NCBI GenBank assembly: GCA_002435915.1
Contig: DIWY01000002.1
Coordinates: 86,006-150,005 of the forward strand
Source: Christensenella sp. UBA6094
GTDB taxonomy: Bacteria > Bacillota > Clostridia > Christensenellales > UBA6094
Direction of reading: 5' to 3'
DNA length: 64,000 nt
In this document: positions 1 to 8,707 of the stretch, one piece after another
Layout: each line of letters starts with the position of its first letter
How positions within the stretch are numbered: position 1 is the stretch's first letter
Translations under genes and position numbers: made by a program
Notes under the pieces: model-generated
What the model was told of the DNA's origin: nothing
The model's input: only the letters and a program-made list of their open reading frames with translations
The model's database searches: none

Positions 1-50
1 TAAGAAAAGAAGTGGGAGTTTGAGGGCTAAGCCCTCATAATAAATAACTA

Positions 51-608
51 CTATAAGTTGTGCGGCCTGTTTTCAATTCTAAGCGCAATTTTACCTATAT
101 AGGTTATTAGAAAAACATCTAATGGGAATTGTATTAGATTTCTAATAAGACGCGTTTGTGTGTAGAACTGGCCAGCAGTCTGTCCGTACATCATTATCAT
201 CCAAATTGCATTAAGTCCAAGTGTTACGATAAAAACCACAAGCGCTCTTGATATAGCAACTCTTGCTAAAGTAAGTGGCCTTTTATAGAGGAACACGCCA
301 TAGATAAAATTTGCAACCATAGCGCTTATAGCATATCCCATAAAATACGGACCGCTTGGTCTTGCTATATATGTAGCAAAGTCGCTAACAAAACCAAAAG
401 CAAGCCCTGCAATAGGTCCATAAATAATAGATACTATTGCGCTTGGCAGATATATTATGCTAAAGAGTTTAAAGCTTGGAGTTATCCAGATATCAAAGGA
501 TGAGAGTATAATCGCAACGGCTATCATCAGCCCCATAACAACTATTTTTCTGGTATTGAATTTGTATGCCTCTTTGGGCAGCTTAAATGGATTATTAATT
601 TTTAACAT
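51..608 (-). CDS. folT: ECF transporter S component, folate-family-like (FolT)
   Basis: ORF 51..773 trimmed to the ATG at 606-608 (MLKINN...), which is preceded by GGAGG. About 185 aa with the multi-TM hydrophobic profile typical of ECF S components. A THF-type riboswitch lies directly upstream. Confidence 0.7.
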   Translation of the reverse strand: MLKINNPFKLPKEAYKFNTRKIVVMGLMIAVAIILSSFDIWITPSFKLFSIIYLPSAIVSIIYGPIAGLAFGFVSDFATYIARPSGPYFMGYAISAMVANFIYGVFLYKRPLTLARVAISRALVVFIVTLGLNAIWMIMMYGQTAGQFYTQTRLIRNLIQFPLDVFLITYIGKIALRIENRPHNL

Positions 609-619
609 AGAAAAACCTC

Positions 620-658
620 CAAAATATGTTACACATACTTGAATAAGCCGTGTAACAT
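620..658 (-). terminator. Intrinsic terminator-like hairpin forming the riboswitch expression platform
   Basis: On the minus strand AUGUUACAC (loop) GUGUAACAU is followed by AUUUU, then the GGAGG RBS of folT. Confidence 0.5.
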
Positions 659-689
659 ACGCAGAGGAATAAACTTCTAACGTTATGAA

Positions 690-786
690 ACAGCGGGATG
701 CGAACTCTGTACCGCAAGCAAAAGCTTTTCGTCCAAAAGGCAACTCCCCGTCCTTTTGACACTTGACGCACAAAATCCTACTCTGT
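690..786 (-). promoter_or_regulatory. THF (tetrahydrofolate) riboswitch aptamer
   Basis: The minus-strand RNA reads ACAGAGUAGGAUUUUGUGCGUCAAGUG..GGGGAG..ACGAAAAGC..GCGGUACAGAGUUCGCAUCCCGCUGU. It carries the THF-I strings as I recall them (AGAGUAG, GCGUnAAGUG, ACGAA, GCGG, GCAUCCnGCU) with a closing ACAG/CUGU helix. It sits upstream of a folT-like gene. A TATAAT is present at 808-813 on the minus strand. Confidence 0.7.
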
Positions 787-858
787 TTTGTATGTGATTG
801 TATATGTATTATATCAAACAGTTATTTGAAAGTAAAATACATATATTTGTTTAAAAAC

Positions 859-2457
859 TTAAATTCTGCCTTCTGCTTTTCTTTCCATATACTCATCATA
901 ACCCATTATTCTATCTATCATGCCATCATCCGTTATCTCAATAATTCTGTTTGCAATTGTCTGGATAAACTGATGATCCTGAGAAGTGAAAAGCGTAGTG
1001 CATTTTGTATCAACAAGCCCATTATTAAGAGCCGTTATAGATTCAAGATCTAAATGGTTTGTTGGCTCCTCGAGTATAATTACGTTTGCACCCGATAACA
1101 TCATTTTTGAGAGCATACAACGAACTTTTTCGCCTCCAGAAAGAACCTTAGCTAGTTTTAGTGAGTCCTCACCTGAAAACAACATTCTGCCTAAAAATCC
1201 ACGTATAAACGTCTCGCCTTTTTCTTCTGAATATTGTCTTAACCAATTTACTAGATTAAGATCAACATCATCGAAGTAGCTGTTGTTATCTCTTGGAAAA
1301 TAAGATTGTGTGGTGGACATGCCCCATTTAAACTCGCCACTGTCTGGCTCAATCTCACCCATAAGTATCTTAAATAGCATAGTTTTAGCTATATTATTCA
1401 GCCCTAAAAATGCTATTTTATCGCCATTATTTACTGTAAAGCTTATGTTCCTTAATAAATGCTCACCGTTTAAAGTATAGTTGATGTTAGTTACTTTTAG
1501 TATTTCATCTCCTGCTTCTGAAGTCGGTTTAAAGCTTACAAATGGATATTTTCTTGAAGAAGGTCTAATATCCTCAAACGTTATTTTCTCAAGTAGCTTT
1601 TTACGAGAGGTTGCCTGCTTAGATTTTGATGCGTTAGCACTAAACCTTGCAATGAACTCTTGCAGTTCTTTAACTTTCTCTTCGCTCTTTTTGTTAGCTT
1701 CTTTAGCTTGCTTAAGTGCTAGCTGGCTTGACTCATACCAAAAGTCGTAGTTACCCATGTAAAGCTGCATTTTATTATAATCGATATCTACGATATGAGT
1801 ACAAACTTGATTTAGAAAATGCCTATCATGAGAAACAACGATAACTGTGTTTTTAAAATCAGCTAAAAAGTTCTCAAGCCATGCAATTGCATCTATATCA
1901 AGATGGTTTGTAGGTTCGTCAAGAAGTAGTACATCTGGATCTTCGAATAATGCTTGTGCTAGTAGAACTTTTACTTTTAGCGCATCTTCAAGATCTTTCA
2001 TAAACATATCATGAAATTTATCCGATATACCAAGGCTGTTTAGTAGTATCGCTGCGTCACTTTCTGCGTTCCAGCCGTTAAGATCACCAAACTCTGCTTC
2101 TAAATCTCCAAGTCTCATGCCGTCTGCATCATTAAAGTCTTCTTTACAGTAGAGAGCTTCTTTCTCTTTCATTATCTTATACAGACGATCATATCCCATA
2201 ATAACAGTATCTAGTACTGTGAACTCGTCATATTCATAATGGTTCTGTTTTAAAACTGCTATTCTTTCTTTTGCAGGTGTTGAAATATTGCCTTTATTTG
2301 GCTCTATTTCTCCTGACAATATTTTTAGAAAAGTAGATTTTCCTGCTCCATTTGCGCCTATAAGCCCATAGCAATTACCTTGCGAGAATTTTATATTTAC
2401 ATTCTCAAATAGTGGTTTTTTGCCATATTGAAGCATAATATCCGTTGCTACAATCAT
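859..2457 (-). CDS. ABC-F family ATPase (two tandem ABC domains, no TM domain)
   Basis: 532 aa. NBD1 has GANGAGKST, LSGGE-type signature context and LLLDEPTNHLD. NBD2 has the LSGGEKVRC signature. A charged inter-domain linker (KQAKEANKKSEEKVKELQEF) is typical of ABC-F proteins. Confidence 0.85.
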   Translation of the reverse strand: MIVATDIMLQYGKKPLFENVNIKFSQGNCYGLIGANGAGKSTFLKILSGEIEPNKGNISTPAKERIAVLKQNHYEYDEFTVLDTVIMGYDRLYKIMKEKEALYCKEDFNDADGMRLGDLEAEFGDLNGWNAESDAAILLNSLGISDKFHDMFMKDLEDALKVKVLLAQALFEDPDVLLLDEPTNHLDIDAIAWLENFLADFKNTVIVVSHDRHFLNQVCTHIVDIDYNKMQLYMGNYDFWYESSQLALKQAKEANKKSEEKVKELQEFIARFSANASKSKQATSRKKLLEKITFEDIRPSSRKYPFVSFKPTSEAGDEILKVTNINYTLNGEHLLRNISFTVNNGDKIAFLGLNNIAKTMLFKILMGEIEPDSGEFKWGMSTTQSYFPRDNNSYFDDVDLNLVNWLRQYSEEKGETFIRGFLGRMLFSGEDSLKLAKVLSGGEKVRCMLSKMMLSGANVIILEEPTNHLDLESITALNNGLVDTKCTTLFTSQDHQFIQTIANRIIEITDDGMIDRIMGYDEYMERKAEGRI

Positions 2458-2657
2458 TTTTTATCCCCTTAAAACTATATTCATCTTTTCAGCTTGTTTT
2501 TTGTTTTGCTTTTTTAATTATCTAAATTGATGAAAAAAGAAGCATTTTAGTTGTAATCGTGCCAAAAGAGTAAATCTTATGGCCTAAGCTATTATTCTAA
2601 CATTAAAATAAAAAAGAGTATAGTGGAAAACTATACCCTTTTGAAAACTATTTACTA

Positions 2658-3758
2658 TTAGCCTACTATTCTAACAGGTAATATTAGTGATACAAATAAG
2701 TTACCGTCCACAGGTCTTATTAAGCACGGAGAGACATTTGTATTAAAGTCCATATAAACCGTCGCATCATCAATATTCTTTATTGCATCGAGAATATAAC
2801 GGGCATTGAAGGCTATATCAATAGCACTGCCTTCGATATAACATGGTACTTTTTCGTATACATTTCCTGTCTCAGCGTTAGATGTTATTTCTATTCTATC
2901 ATCAGCGATAGAAAGTTTTACAAGGTTCGTTCCGCCTTCTCTTGCCATAAGAGAAGCTAATTCAATTGCTTGTTTTAGTTTTATTACATCAACTTTAACA
3001 CGTGTTTTATATTCTTTAGGCAGTATTTGCTCATATTTTAAGTATTCGCCTTCAAGTAGCCTTGCAATAATTCTTGTCTTTTTATTCTCTAAGAATATCT
3101 GATTTTTAGTGAAAACGATATTAACAGGCTCATCTTCATCATCTAATATTTTTGCAATATCATTTATAGTTTTAGCTGGAACAACGACGTTATACTCCTG
3201 ATTATTAAAATCAATATTTGCCTTATTAATTGCAAGCCTATAGCCATCAAGACCAACCATATTTAGATATTCTTTTTTAAGCTCAATTAATATACCAGTT
3301 AGTATTGGTTTTGTTTCGTCAGTAGCAGCCGCATACGCTGTTTTTCTAATAAGATCTTTAAAAGTATTTTGAGCTATAGAAAAGCTTGGGCCATCTCCTG
3401 ATTGCGGCAGATTAGGAAAAGCTTCTTCGTCTAAAATCTGTATAGATGTTTTAGCATCGTCGGATAATAGTGTTGCACTTTTCTCGTTTAATATAAACGT
3501 CATCTCTTTGCCTGGTAATCTTTTAAGAAGCTCATATAATAATCTTCCTGGAATTAGGCATGCGCCTTCTTCAGCTACTGTTGCAGGAAGTAGTGTTTCT
3601 ATTTGAATATCAAGATTAGTACACTTAATTTTTAAGCCTTCTTGTGTTGTTTCTATGTGTACTCCTTCAAGTACAGAATCTACGTTTCTGATGCCTATTG
3701 CTTTTTGTGCTATAGATACGCATGAGAGAAATTCTTCTCTTAAACAATTAAATTTCAT
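2658..3758 (-). CDS. dnaN: DNA polymerase III beta subunit (sliding clamp)
   Basis: ORF trimmed to MKFNCLREEF with AAGGAG 7 nt upstream. Its length of about 366 aa, its position directly after dnaA and its beta-clamp-like sequence support the call. Confidence 0.9.
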   Translation of the reverse strand: MKFNCLREEFLSCVSIAQKAIGIRNVDSVLEGVHIETTQEGLKIKCTNLDIQIETLLPATVAEEGACLIPGRLLYELLKRLPGKEMTFILNEKSATLLSDDAKTSIQILDEEAFPNLPQSGDGPSFSIAQNTFKDLIRKTAYAAATDETKPILTGILIELKKEYLNMVGLDGYRLAINKANIDFNNQEYNVVVPAKTINDIAKILDDEDEPVNIVFTKNQIFLENKKTRIIARLLEGEYLKYEQILPKEYKTRVKVDVIKLKQAIELASLMAREGGTNLVKLSIADDRIEITSNAETGNVYEKVPCYIEGSAIDIAFNARYILDAIKNIDDATVYMDFNTNVSPCLIRPVDGNLFVSLILPVRIVG

Positions 3759-3779
3759 GGAAATCTCCTTTATTAACAT

Positions 3780-4227
3780 GTGGTTTTAGTATATATAATC
3801 TAGTAGTTAGTAGTAGGGGGTGTGGATTCTCTGTAAAACCGATTGAGGATGTCTAACGGTAGCGATTTTTACTGCACATTTGTATGTGTAAAATAGGGGT
3901 TAAACTACCATAGTTATCAACAGTCAGTCTTTTTGAAGAATTGTGCTGGTTTATGTAATACAGAACAATAAACAGCTTCTTCACACTTAATAAACAACCA
4001 ATAAACAATATATACACAGGGGTCTGTTAATATGTCTTTTATTTTAAATTTTCGTCGTTTTATTTTATATGTTCATTATACAATAAAATTGCTAATTATA
4101 TCTATTAATAACAATTATTTTTATAATAATAAACATTATTATTAGCTTTGGTAACTTTGAAAAATGAAACCGTATTGATAGTAAACTACTACTTTAGCAC
4201 AAATTTGAATAAAATGTGGCAAAACAT
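3780..4227. other. Candidate oriC part (dnaA-dnaN spacer) with DnaA-box-like sites and an AT-rich unwinding region
   Basis: TTATCAACA at 3914-3922 has 1 mismatch to TTATCCACA. TGTGGATTC lies at 3821-3829 and ATATACACA at 4010-4018. The stretch 4021-4145 is almost pure A/T. This is the same position as incC/DUE in Bacillus-type bipartite origins. Confidence 0.55.
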
Positions 4228-5571
4228 TTATTCTTTTATGCGCATCATAAGTTCTTCTACTATTTTTTTAAGATCATTATCAGTTTTAAGTTCTGTCTGT
4301 ATCTTATCAACAGCATGCAGAACTGTTGTATGATCTCTACCGCCAAAGTCGTTGCCTATCTTAGGTAGGGACATATCCGTTACGTCACGTATTAAGTACA
4401 TAGCTATTTGACGTGGATAGGATATTCCTCTAGAACGCTTTTTAGAGACCAACTCTTCTAAACTAATATTGTAATAGTCTGCGACTATTTTTTGTACATG
4501 TGCACAAGTTATCTTTTTCTTACGAGAAGATGGCAAAAAGTTTTTAAGTGCTTCTTCGGCAAGCTCAGCATCAACATCTCTACCTGTAAGTGATGCATAC
4601 GCTAGTACTCGCATAAGTGAACCTTCAAGCTCACGAATATTTGATTGTACCATAGAAGCTATATACAAAAATACATCGTCAGAAACACGTACGTTTTCTA
4701 TCTCAGCTTTTTTCCATAGTATAGCAACTCTTGTTTCAAGGTCCGGCGGAGAAATATCTACAGATAGCCCAGAGGAGAAACGAGACTGGAGCCTATCTTG
4801 TAATTTTGGTATATCTTGAGGCATTCTATCTGAGGATATAACGATTCGTTTATTTTTGGAGTACAGTTCATTAAACGTGTGGAAGAACTCTTCCTGTGTG
4901 CTTTCTTTATCGCCAATAAACTGTATATCATCTATTAATAGTACATCGACATCCCTGTATTTTCTTCTAAATGCTTCTCTTTGTGTAACGGATTTACCTG
5001 GCTGGAGTGACGAGATAAGTTCGTTTACAAATTGTTCGGAAGGCACATATAAAACTCTTGCAGAAGGAATATGGCTAATAACCTGATGACCAATTGCGTG
5101 CATTAGATGCGTTTTGCCAAGGCCTACACCACCGTAAATAAATAGTGGTGAAAAGTTCAAATTAGGATCCGTAGAGTAATTAAGTGCTGCCATGTGTGCT
5201 AGTTGGTTTGAGTTACCAACAACGTAATTATCAAATGTATATTTTGGGTTAAGGCCAATACCGTTTGGCACTTCAGCCACGCCAGTATTTTCAAGTTGCT
5301 TTATATAGATATCTTTTTCAGAGGGAGCTATAAGCTTTATATCGTACATGCCACTTGTAGCAGCACTAACGCACTGCCTTAGTAGGGATTCATATCTCAT
5401 ACGTATAATAGCTTTTTGGTCATCAGACGGCGCTTCGAGAAGTAGCTCTTTTCCGATAATGAGGAAAGGTTTGATGTCCTTAATATACGTAGAATAAGAA
5501 GCATCAGTCATCTCGTTTTTAATTATGCCTATTGATTTTGACCAGATATCTTTTAATAAAGCTGTTTCCAT
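4228..5571 (-). CDS. dnaA: Chromosomal replication initiator protein DnaA
   Basis: 447 aa with Walker A GGVGLGKTHL, an AAA+ core and a C-terminal DNA-binding domain (GGRDHTTVLHA). Confidence 0.95.
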   Translation of the reverse strand: METALLKDIWSKSIGIIKNEMTDASYSTYIKDIKPFLIIGKELLLEAPSDDQKAIIRMRYESLLRQCVSAATSGMYDIKLIAPSEKDIYIKQLENTGVAEVPNGIGLNPKYTFDNYVVGNSNQLAHMAALNYSTDPNLNFSPLFIYGGVGLGKTHLMHAIGHQVISHIPSARVLYVPSEQFVNELISSLQPGKSVTQREAFRRKYRDVDVLLIDDIQFIGDKESTQEEFFHTFNELYSKNKRIVISSDRMPQDIPKLQDRLQSRFSSGLSVDISPPDLETRVAILWKKAEIENVRVSDDVFLYIASMVQSNIRELEGSLMRVLAYASLTGRDVDAELAEEALKNFLPSSRKKKITCAHVQKIVADYYNISLEELVSKKRSRGISYPRQIAMYLIRDVTDMSLPKIGNDFGGRDHTTVLHAVDKIQTELKTDNDLKKIVEELMMRIKE

Positions 5572-6491
5572 TTAGTACCCTTTTCCCCAGGCTAGCCTGG
5601 TCTATGTTTGCGTGTATATGGATAGCACAAATATGCTAAAATTTTTCAAATTTATAAATTATTAATCTAAAAACGAGTTTAAAAAAATTTCTACAGAAAA
5701 GAAATTTTATTGATTATCTATAATAAATTAAGTTAGCTCGTTTAATAGTAAATAAAAATATTGCCCTTTTTTTGTTGTGTGATATAACTAATTAGAAGTT
5801 AAAAAGCACACTAAAAATTGTTCGTAACATTTTGTTAAAATAAAAATTAAAAAAACATTTTTAGTTTTTATTATGAGTTGTGATGAATTTTATTATTTTT
5901 ATTAATTGTAAGAGGTTAATAAAGTCCACATATAGTGGACGAAAAAATCTTGTGCACAATATGTACCATTTAGCCAGTAAACAAGGTGTTTGTATGTGTA
6001 TATGATAGCAAATATAACCATCTTAATCAATAAGTAAATACGTTCATAATACATTCAATTTTAATGTAATACCATAACAGTGAATGTATAATTTAAGCTA
6101 AGTCCATCTATTAGCGGATTACAGAACCATTTTAATAAAAGTAAAAGATTTTTAGTTATTTTTAACAGCATAAAAAAGCGTTAAATTTGCTTAAAATGCT
6201 GTAGTTTTGAAAATAACGTTAATATTGACAGTGCTAGTGCTTTAGCGTATAATACTAGATGCATTTCCCTAGAAATTAACAGGATAAGTCTGAGCTTTTA
6301 TCGGCTATTTTAACACAAAAATATTTTTAGAGAAATAGGCTTAAACAAAATGTGAAAAGCTAACGACTTACATAAACAAAGCAATTCAAAAAGATAATCC
6401 ATTTGCCTAACGAACAAGTTGAATGAGGCAGATATTTATAAAAAAAGTTCGGTTTATCCGTACAAATAATTAGATAGTATGAGGTGCTAAT
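5572..6491. other. Candidate oriC part (dnaA-rpmH spacer), long and AT-rich
   Basis: A 920-bp non-coding spacer lies between divergent dnaA and rpmH. Only degenerate DnaA-box-like sites are seen: the inverted pair GTCCACA-TAT-AGTGGAC at 5924-5940, TGTGCACAA at about 5951, and TTATCCGTA at about 6454. Gene orientation flips here. Confidence 0.5.
6225..6253 (+). promoter_or_regulatory. Consensus sigma-A-type promoter (TTGACA-17-TATAAT)
   Basis: TTGACA at 6225-6230, an exactly 17-nt spacer, and TATAAT at 6248-6253. It is oriented toward rpmH-rnpA, about 240 nt upstream of rpmH. Confidence 0.6.
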
Positions 6492-6626
6492 ATGTTACAA
6501 ACATACCAACCAAACAGAAGAAAAAGAAAAAAGGTACACGGCTTTAGAGAAAGAATGAGCACAAAAAACGGAAGATATGTTCTCTCTCGTAGAAGAAGAA
6601 AAGGCAGAAAAATAATCTCTGCATAG
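6492..6626 (+). CDS. rpmH: 50S ribosomal protein L34
   Basis: Not in the ORF track because it is under 60 aa. The 44 codons read [44 protein letters not shown], with GAGGTG upstream. The position before rnpA is classic. Confidence 0.9.
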   Translation: MLQTYQPNRRKRKKVHGFRERMSTKNGRYVLSRRRRKGRKIISA

Positions 6627-6774
6627 CATGATGCAGTGCTTTAAACTAAATAAACGTTTTATTTAGTGGTTTCTGGCTACTTTCTTGTCAGAAACCATGC
6701 GTTTATTAGAGCATAAATTGCTATATTGCGCACTGTCGCAATCTAAAATCAACATACAGTGGAAAAGAGCTATT

Positions 6775-7158
6775 ATGGCATTAAACGGTCTTAAAAAAAA
6801 TGGACAGTTCGTATATGCATACAAAAAAGGTAAAGCAAAATCTACCAAGAGTATGACATTGATTTTTGTACGGGCTAGGACATATAATACAAAGGTAGGG
6901 TTTTCTGTATCCAAAAAGATAGGAAACGCCGTTGTTAGGAACAAAGTGAAGAGGCGATTGAAAGATAGCTTTGGCAGATATATGCCATTAGTTAAAAATG
7001 GTTATTACGTCGTTTTTGCCACCAGAAAACCTATAGCGGAAGCCACTTTTGCGCAGATACATAGTGATGTAGGATATCTGCTTAGCAAAGCAGGACTACT
7101 TAACACTGCTACCACTACACCTGTTGTAAAAGAAACTGCACAAACTAGCGAAAAATAA
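6775..7158 (+). CDS. rnpA: Ribonuclease P protein component
   Basis: ORF 6685..7158 trimmed to MALNGLKKNGQF. The basic RNase P protein motif (VVRNKVKRRLKD) is present and the gene follows rpmH. Confidence 0.85.
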   Translation: MALNGLKKNGQFVYAYKKGKAKSTKSMTLIFVRARTYNTKVGFSVSKKIGNAVVRNKVKRRLKDSFGRYMPLVKNGYYVVFATRKPIAEATFAQIHSDVGYLLSKAGLLNTATTTPVVKETAQTSEK

Positions 7159-7511
7159 ACGCGGTCAAAAGCTAGAAAACTCGAGATAGCATGCCGCGAC
7201 AGACTCACCGGCCAGCGGCCGGGAAAGTTTAATGACTAGCGATATAATGCACGCGGCTTTAAAAGTTAATTTACTATAATTGTATAACGCGTCGTCGATC
7301 CGGTCAGCGACCGGGGAAGATAAAAAATACACTTAACAATGGACGCGGACTAAAAAGTTAGTGAACTATAAAAACTATTCCGCGACAACCGGTCCAGCGG
7401 GACGCAGGGAAATTTAAAAACCCACTTCATAATGCACGCGGCTTTAAAAGTTAATTTACTATAATTGTATAACGCGTCGTCGGTCCAGCTGGAAGCTGGG
7501 GAAGAATAAAA
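7159..7511 (+). repeat. Four tandem units of about 92 bp filling the rnpA-yidD spacer
   Basis: Units start at 7159, 7251, 7343 and 7436, each beginning ACGCGG. Units 2 and 4 share a near-identical stretch of about 54 nt (ATAATGCACGCGGCTTTAAAAGTTAATTTACTATAATTGTATAACGCGTCGTCG). Each unit has an ACGCG(G)...(C)CGCG(T/A) stem around an AT-rich loop, then a GC hairpin (e.g. CCGGCC-AGC-GGCCGG), then GGGAA(A/G). Confidence 0.85.
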
Positions 7512-7721
7512 ATGAAACATGTAATCATATATATACTAAAAAAATATAAGAAATATATATCTCCTTTACTCGGGGACCACTGCAGATTCTATCCCACATG
7601 CAGCGAGTATATGGTAGAGGCGATAAATAAATACGGTACGCTAAAAGGAGTGTATTTGGGACTACGGCGCTTATTGAAGTGCCACCCGTTTCACAAAGGC
7701 GGGTATGACCCACTCCAGTAA
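7512..7721 (+). CDS. yidD: Membrane protein insertion efficiency factor YidD
   Basis: 69 aa with the conserved [10 protein letters not shown]...[10 protein letters not shown] motif. Confidence 0.9.
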   Translation: MKHVIIYILKKYKKYISPLLGDHCRFYPTCSEYMVEAINKYGTLKGVYLGLRRLLKCHPFHKGGYDPLQ

Positions 7722-7747
7722 ATTAGCACGAAAGAGAGAGGGAATAG

Positions 7748-8707
7748 ATGGATTTTCTTGGATCGATATTTTACGAATTGCTGTACGGCATATATTCAAT
7801 CGTTAATAACTATGTAGTAGCAATAATTATTTTCACTTTAATAATTAAGTTCCTTACTATACCTATTGACTACAAGCAAAGAAAACAAAGCGAAATGCTC
7901 AGAAAACTACAACCTCAAATGGAAAGCCTTAAAAAACGTTATGGGCATGACATGAAAAAATATCAGGTTAAGCTATCAGAACTGCAAAAAGGTGCAGGGT
8001 ACTCACCTCTTGGCGGTTGTTTGCCTTTGCTAATAATACTACCTATTTTCGCTGGACTTTTCGGTGCAGTTAATATTATGCAAAAAGAACAGACAGCACA
8101 GATGCTTGTTAGCATAAGCAATGGTGTAATAAACCCAGAACAGCTTATGACATCTTTCGGCTGGATACGTAATATATGGGCGCCAGATTCTATGCTATTA
8201 ACATCGTTGCCTTCTATGACTGATATTAATAACGTAGCTGCATTTGTAGGACCAAGCCATCTAACACCTGAAGTACTAGCTAGTGCTAAGGCAATAGCTT
8301 CTTCACTAAGCGGAAACGAAGCAGCATTGCAACAGTTCCTATATAATGTAGGCGCAGAGCCAACATGGGGTATAACAGGAACACTCACTTTAGCAAAAGC
8401 TAGCAACGGATTGTTTGTATTGCCAGTTATCGGTGGTTTAGCAGCGTTCTTCTCACAAAAGATTTCAATGAAGAACATGCCATCTTCAACAGAACAAACA
8501 GGACAAACAATGAAAATGATGCTATACATGATGCCACTTATAACAGTGTTTATCGGCGCTACATCCTCATCAGCCTTCTCGTTCTATTGGATAACATCAA
8601 TGGTATTTAGCTTCTTCGAACAGCTAGTATTCCAATCTTATTTTAAAAAGAAACGTGAGAAAGAAGAGGAGCTAGAGGTTGCCACGATTAGCGGAGGTAA
8701 AGAATAA
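7748..8707 (+). CDS. yidC: YidC/Oxa1-family membrane protein insertase (SpoIIIJ-like)
   Basis: 319 aa, multi-TM, with a basic C-terminal tail, in conserved rnpA-yidD-yidC-jag synteny. Confidence 0.85.
   Translation: MDFLGSIFYELLYGIYSIVNNYVVAIIIFTLIIKFLTIPIDYKQRKQSEMLRKLQPQMESLKKRYGHDMKKYQVKLSELQKGAGYSPLGGCLPLLIILPIFAGLFGAVNIMQKEQTAQMLVSISNGVINPEQLMTSFGWIRNIWAPDSMLLTSLPSMTDINNVAAFVGPSHLTPEVLASAKAIASSLSGNEAALQQFLYNVGAEPTWGITGTLTLAKASNGLFVLPVIGGLAAFFSQKISMKNMPSSTEQTGQTMKMMLYMMPLITVFIGATSSSAFSFYWITSMVFSFFEQLVFQSYFKKKREKEEELEVATISGGKE

Noticed and set aside
7963-8529. Long antisense ORFs inside well-supported genes (e.g. 7963..8529 in yidC, 12856..13326 in mnmG, 30017..30385 in the M1 peptidase gene, 48724..49083 in cimA)
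   Set aside because: They lie fully inside genes with clear family motifs on the opposite strand. No independent signals support them.
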